A DNA stretch of 64,000 nt from assembly GCA_965197585.1 (NCBI GenBank), contig OZ240215.1, positions 2,080,001 to 2,144,000 on the forward strand, written 5' to 3'. Position 1 is the stretch's first letter; each line of letters opens with the position of its first letter. Source of the DNA: Dehalococcoidia bacterium. Its GTDB lineage: Bacteria; Chloroflexota; Dehalococcoidia; Plut-88900. The notes under the pieces are model-generated. The model saw only the letters and a program-made list of their open reading frames with translations, made no database searches and had not been told where the DNA came from. Positions 59,851 through 64,000 of this stretch are shown here, one piece after another. The translations under genes and the position numbers were made by a program.

Positions 59851-61037
59851 ATGCGATTCGACAGCAACGTCTTCTACCACCCTCTGCAGGTCTACCCCGT
59901 TGACCGGATGCTGGACGAGTGGCGGCAGACAGTGAAGCTCTATGATCAGACCGGTTTCACCGGAGTTTGGATCGGGGAGCACCACTTCTGGCACTCGGGG
60001 TTCCACGTGGCTGCCCCGAGCCCCGTGCAGGTTTGCACCCACCTGGCCTCGATCACCGAGCGGTTGCGCGTCGCCCAGAGCGCCTGCATCCTCCCCGACT
60101 ACCACCCCATCCGCCTGGCCGAGGAGCTGGCCATGCTCGACCAGATGACCAAGGGCGGCTGGACGTGGGCGTGGCCCGGGGCACCAACAGCCCCGCCTGC
60201 ATCCAGTTCAACATAGACGCCGACAGGCGCAACAAGGATCGTAACTACGCCCTGTTCAAGGAAACTCTGGACATCATGATCAAGGCGTGGACCGAAGACG
60301 CCCTGGTCCACGACGGCGAGTTCTACACGTTCCCCGTGCCCGGCTGGACGGAGAAAGACCCGCGCATCTACACCGGCGACACCTCGCACTACGGCCCCAA
60401 CGGAGAGCTCATTGGGCTAGGGGTCGTGCCCAAGCCTTACCAGAAACCCCACCCCCCGATTTACCAGGCAGCGGACTCCACCGAGTCCTATATGTTCGCT
60501 GCTACAAAGGGGATTTCGGTCACGGGGTTCGGGCGCACTTTCGACGGGCTGAGAGAAGCGTGGACAGCCTACCGGGATACGGCGTCACGCGTGTCGGGCC
60601 GAGACATCCCCATGGGTGAGACAGCCAACGGCGACACCCTGAACATCATGAGGATGTTCTACATGGCCGAGACCCAGGAGCAGGCCGAGCAGGAGGCCCG
60701 TGAGGGCATCAATGCCCACTACGAGATCACCTTCGGGCTGAGCCGGAACTGGGGTCGCAGCGGGGCCATAGCCAAGGGTGAGGAAGTTAGCGCCGAGCAG
60801 ATGAACATGGACTGGTTCGACTTCGCCATGTCCAAGGATGTCATCCTGGTCGGCACACCCGAGACCGTCGCCGAGAAGATTGAAAAGCTGCAAAACGAGC
60901 TCAACTGTCGGCACGTCACCCTGTGGCCCAACCCTTCCTTCCTCCCCTTCGAAAAGGTGTACCACAGCCTCGAGCTCTTCGCCGAACGGGTCATCCCATA
61001 CTTCGAAAAGAAGCGGGCCCTTGCCCCCGTGGGATAG
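59851..61037 (+). CDS. LLM-class monooxygenase, frameshift near 60155
   Basis: W.GEHHF, HPIRLAEELAMLDQMT.GRLDVGVARG, PKPYQKPHPP; two ORFs join with one base. Confidence 0.85.
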
Positions 61038-61109
61038 ACGTGCAAATCAACACCGCCAAATATTTGTTAGAGACAACTTATAAAATCTGGAAAAGGGAGA
61101 CCAAAGTTC

Positions 61110-62108
61110 ATGGCTGACGATCGAGTCCTGATAGTAGACGGAGCACAGCACCACAAGTGGACCAAGGAGACCTTCGAGGACATCCGGCAGGGTGACATCA
61201 GCGCGGTCAACATCACGCTTGCCATCTGGGAAAACGCCCGCGAGACCCTCGCCGAGATCGGGCAATGGTACCGCCGCTTCGACCAGTTCTCGGACCTCAT
61301 AATGCCCGTCTACACCTCGGACGACATCAGGGCTGCTTATGAGGCCAAGAAAACGGGAATACTCTTCGGCTTTCAAAACACCTCTCCCCTCGAAGACAAC
61401 ATCGAGTTTGTAGCAGTCTTCGCCAAGCTCGGGGTCCGGGTTATGCAGCTCACCTACAACACTCAGAACCTGATAGGCTGCGGTTGCTACGAGCCCAACG
61501 ACAGCGGACTCACCTACTTCGGAGCGGACGTGATCGCCGAGATGAACCGTCACGGCGTAGTCATAGACCTCTCACACACCGGCGAGCGTACTTCCATGGA
61601 CGCCATCGAGGCCTCGACCCAGCCGGTAGCAATCACCCACGCCAACCCGACCTGGTGGAAGGACGTCCAGCGCAACAAGTCGGATGACATGATGAGGGCC
61701 CTTGCTGAGAACGGCGGCGTGATGGGCCTGGGCACCTACCCCAACCTCTTCGCCCCCGACGGCACCCTGGAGCAGTTCTGCGACATGGTCGCCCGCACCG
61801 TCGACTTCATGGGCATAGACCACGTGGGTCTCGGCAGCGACCACAACACAGGCTTCCTCCCCGACGAAAAGCGCTACTGGGCCCGTGGCCGCTGGTCTCG
61901 GGAAGTGCCCAAGTTCATGAGCGCCAAGGGCTTCCACAGCCCCAAGTGGCCGGCAATCGACTGGCCCGAATGGTGTGAAAAGCCCTCGGGGCTCAGGGTA
62001 ATTCCCAACGGCCTCCGGGAGCACGGCTTCAACAATGAAGAAGTCTCCAAGATCATGGGCGGCAACTACCTGCGGGTGTTCGACCAGGTGTCCGCAGCCG
62101 CAAGCTAG
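61110..62108 (+). CDS. Membrane dipeptidase (peptidase M19) family protein
   Basis: GFQN, QLTYN, DLSH.G, ITHAN, RNKSD, DHVGLGSD. Confidence 0.9.
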   Translation: MADDRVLIVDGAQHHKWTKETFEDIRQGDISAVNITLAIWENARETLAEIGQWYRRFDQFSDLIMPVYTSDDIRAAYEAKKTGILFGFQNTSPLEDNIEFVAVFAKLGVRVMQLTYNTQNLIGCGCYEPNDSGLTYFGADVIAEMNRHGVVIDLSHTGERTSMDAIEASTQPVAITHANPTWWKDVQRNKSDDMMRALAENGGVMGLGTYPNLFAPDGTLEQFCDMVARTVDFMGIDHVGLGSDHNTGFLPDEKRYWARGRWSREVPKFMSAKGFHSPKWPAIDWPEWCEKPSGLRVIPNGLREHGFNNEEVSKIMGGNYLRVFDQVSAAAS

Positions 62109-62230
62109 CAGAGGCTGATTATTCGCCTGCGCGGGCGTTCAAGTGTAGTACGCCGAGTTTTGACCGTACGCGCCCGCGCCACAAGGGATAATGCCCGCAT
62201 GAAATCTCTCCATAAAGGAATCCCGAGACC

Positions 62231-63415
62231 TTGAGGTTCGACGGCAACGTCTTCTACCACCTGCTGGAACGCTACCCGCCCGACCTGCTCATGGAGGAGT
62301 GGCGGGAAGAGGCTACCCTCTTCGACGAGGCGGGCTTCACAACCATATGGATCGGTGAACAGCACTTCTGGATAGCCGCCCCAAACCCCATCCTCATCAA
62401 CACGCATCTGGCCACCCACACCAAGCGGCTCAGGGTCGGGCAGAGCGCCTGCGTCCTCCCCGACTGGCACCCGATCCGCCTCGCCGAGGACCTCGCCCTC
62501 CTGGACAACATGACCCGCGGCAGGCTGGACGTCGGCATCGCCCGGGGCGTGAACACCCTGGCCGGAATCACCTTCAACGCCGACGCCGACCGGAGGGACC
62601 AGGCTCGGAACTACGCCCTCTTCAGCGAGACGCTGGACGTGCTCATCAAGGCCTGGACCGAGGACGCTTTTGTTCATCAAGGCCGGTTCTACAACTTCCC
62701 TCCGACGGGATGGAAAGAGCAGGGACCGCGGATATACTCGGACGATCCGGCGCACTACGCCTGGACGGCGAGATACATCGCCCTCCCCGTGCGCCCGAAG
62801 CCCTACCAAAAACCCCACCCTCCCATCTGGCAGGCCGCCGACTCCACCGCGTCCTACGCCTTCGCCGCCGAGAGAGGCCACGCCACAACCTGTCTTAGCC
62901 GCTCCTTCGAAGGTGTCAGGGAAGCCTGGACCACCTACAAGGAGACGGCCTCCCGCGTCTGGGGCCGGGACGTACCCATGGGACGCAGCGCCGACGGCAA
63001 GACTCTCAACGTCATGCGCACCTGCTACGTCGCCGAGACCCAGGAACAGGCTGAACGAGAGGCCCGAGAGGGAATCAATCGCTGGTACGACGTTACAACT
63101 GGCCTTAACCCCAGCCGTGGCAAGCAGTCGTGCGTCGCTTCTTGGGAGGAGCTTAAAGACCGGGACCTCAACGCCGAGTGGTTCGACTTCCTGCAGGAGA
63201 AGGAGATCATCTGGGTCGGGTCTCCGGAATACGTCGCCGAGAGGATAGACCGGCTGCGCACCGAGCTTAACTGCGCCCACGTCACCCTCTGGCCCAACCC
63301 CGTCGGCCTGCCCTACAAAAAAGTGATGCACAGCCTCGAACTCTTCGCCGAGCGGGTCATCCCAATGTTGAGTCACGGGAGTCTGTGCCAGACAGCATCA
63401 CAATCATCGTATTAA
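62231..63415 (+). CDS. LLM-class monooxygenase, paralog of 59851-61037
   Basis: W.GEQHF, HPIRLAEDLALLD.MTRGRLDVGIARG, PKPYQKPHPP; exact C-terminus uncertain. Confidence 0.87.
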   Translation: MRFDGNVFYHLLERYPPDLLMEEWREEATLFDEAGFTTIWIGEQHFWIAAPNPILINTHLATHTKRLRVGQSACVLPDWHPIRLAEDLALLDNMTRGRLDVGIARGVNTLAGITFNADADRRDQARNYALFSETLDVLIKAWTEDAFVHQGRFYNFPPTGWKEQGPRIYSDDPAHYAWTARYIALPVRPKPYQKPHPPIWQAADSTASYAFAAERGHATTCLSRSFEGVREAWTTYKETASRVWGRDVPMGRSADGKTLNVMRTCYVAETQEQAEREAREGINRWYDVTTGLNPSRGKQSCVASWEELKDRDLNAEWFDFLQEKEIIWVGSPEYVAERIDRLRTELNCAHVTLWPNPVGLPYKKVMHSLELFAERVIPMLSHGSLCQTASQSSY

Positions 63416-63428
63416 GAGGTATGTGGAA

Positions 63429-64000
63429 ATGAGTATTGGTACAATCGGGGTGGAAGTCTCGGGCCGTAACGCGACCGAAATCGTCGGGCAAATACAACGG
63501 CTTGGAGGATCTGGGCGTCAAGGCTGCCTGGGCCACTTCGGGCGGCGACTCGGATCCCATAACCCTGCTTGCCGTGGCGCCTGGCAGACCGAGTCCATAC
63601 TCCTCGGCACATCCATCGTCCCAACCTGGCCCCGCCACCCGATTACCATCGCCCAGCAGGCCAACGTCCTCGCCCATTCGGCCCCGGGCCGCTTTCGCCT
63701 CGGCATTGGACCAAGTCACTACTCGGAAATGTATCGAGCCCTTCCGGTTCAACTTCCGAAAGCCCCTCACCAACCTGCGGGAATACCTGCGGATAGTGAA
63801 GCCCCTGATCCAAAAAGGCTCCGTAGACTTCGACGGTGAGCAGTACCACGCCCACGTCGCCGCCGCAGACGCGTTCCCCGACATGCCGGTCATGGCCTCG
63901 GCGCTCAGACCTCGGTCATTCCGGCTCTGCGGAGAGGAGGCCGACGGTGCGATCAGCTGGGTCTGCCCACTTGCATATTTGCGGGACACAGCGCTCCCCG
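63429..64000 (+). CDS. LLM-class oxidoreductase, partial, several frame breaks, runs off the window
   Basis: TESILLGTSIVPTWPRHP, APGRFRLGIGPSH; later frame reads LCGEEADGAISWVCP; similar to the 44272 protein. Confidence 0.8.

Noticed and set aside
56158-60216. Programmed ribosomal frameshifting
   Set aside because: No slippery heptamers at the breaks, and too many scattered breaks; sequencing error is simpler.
1-64000. tRNA, rRNA, integrase or transposase genes
   Set aside because: None recognised by eye; a tRNAscan/ISfinder run would be needed to exclude them.

Overview
A 64 kb, GC-rich bacterial chromosome segment. The gene content points to Chloroflexota/Dehalococcoidia, probably SAR202-like (inference). 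The basis is a pmi-pgm-metK-ahcY-mtnP-mtnA block plus many paralogous luciferase-like monooxygenases, SDRs, CaiB-type CoA-transferases, acyl-CoA dehydrogenases, amidohydrolases and deacetylases. Bases 1-14.7 kb are core genes (rpoA end, rplQ, truA, rplM, rpsI, SAM-cycle cluster, prfA-prmC). The rest is mainly catabolic paralogs interspersed with toxin-antitoxin modules, gene remnants and REP-like palindromes. The most striking feature unexplained by genes is a ~600 nt protein-free element at ~33.83-34.49 kb. It has its own sigma70-like promoter overlapped by a LexA-type SOS box, a 15-bp helix closing a ~430 nt domain, many hairpins and an internal 80-nt tandem duplication, so it is a candidate large structured non-coding RNA. 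Other notable features: a ~22-nt module nested inside different REP families, two GrdE/GrdI-family genes lacking the cleavage cysteine and a selenoprotein partner, a duplicated antitoxin, and an aspartyl protease interrupted by an amber stop. From ~56.2 kb onward single-base indels become frequent and look like consensus errors. All family assignments come from motif recognition by eye; no searches were run.
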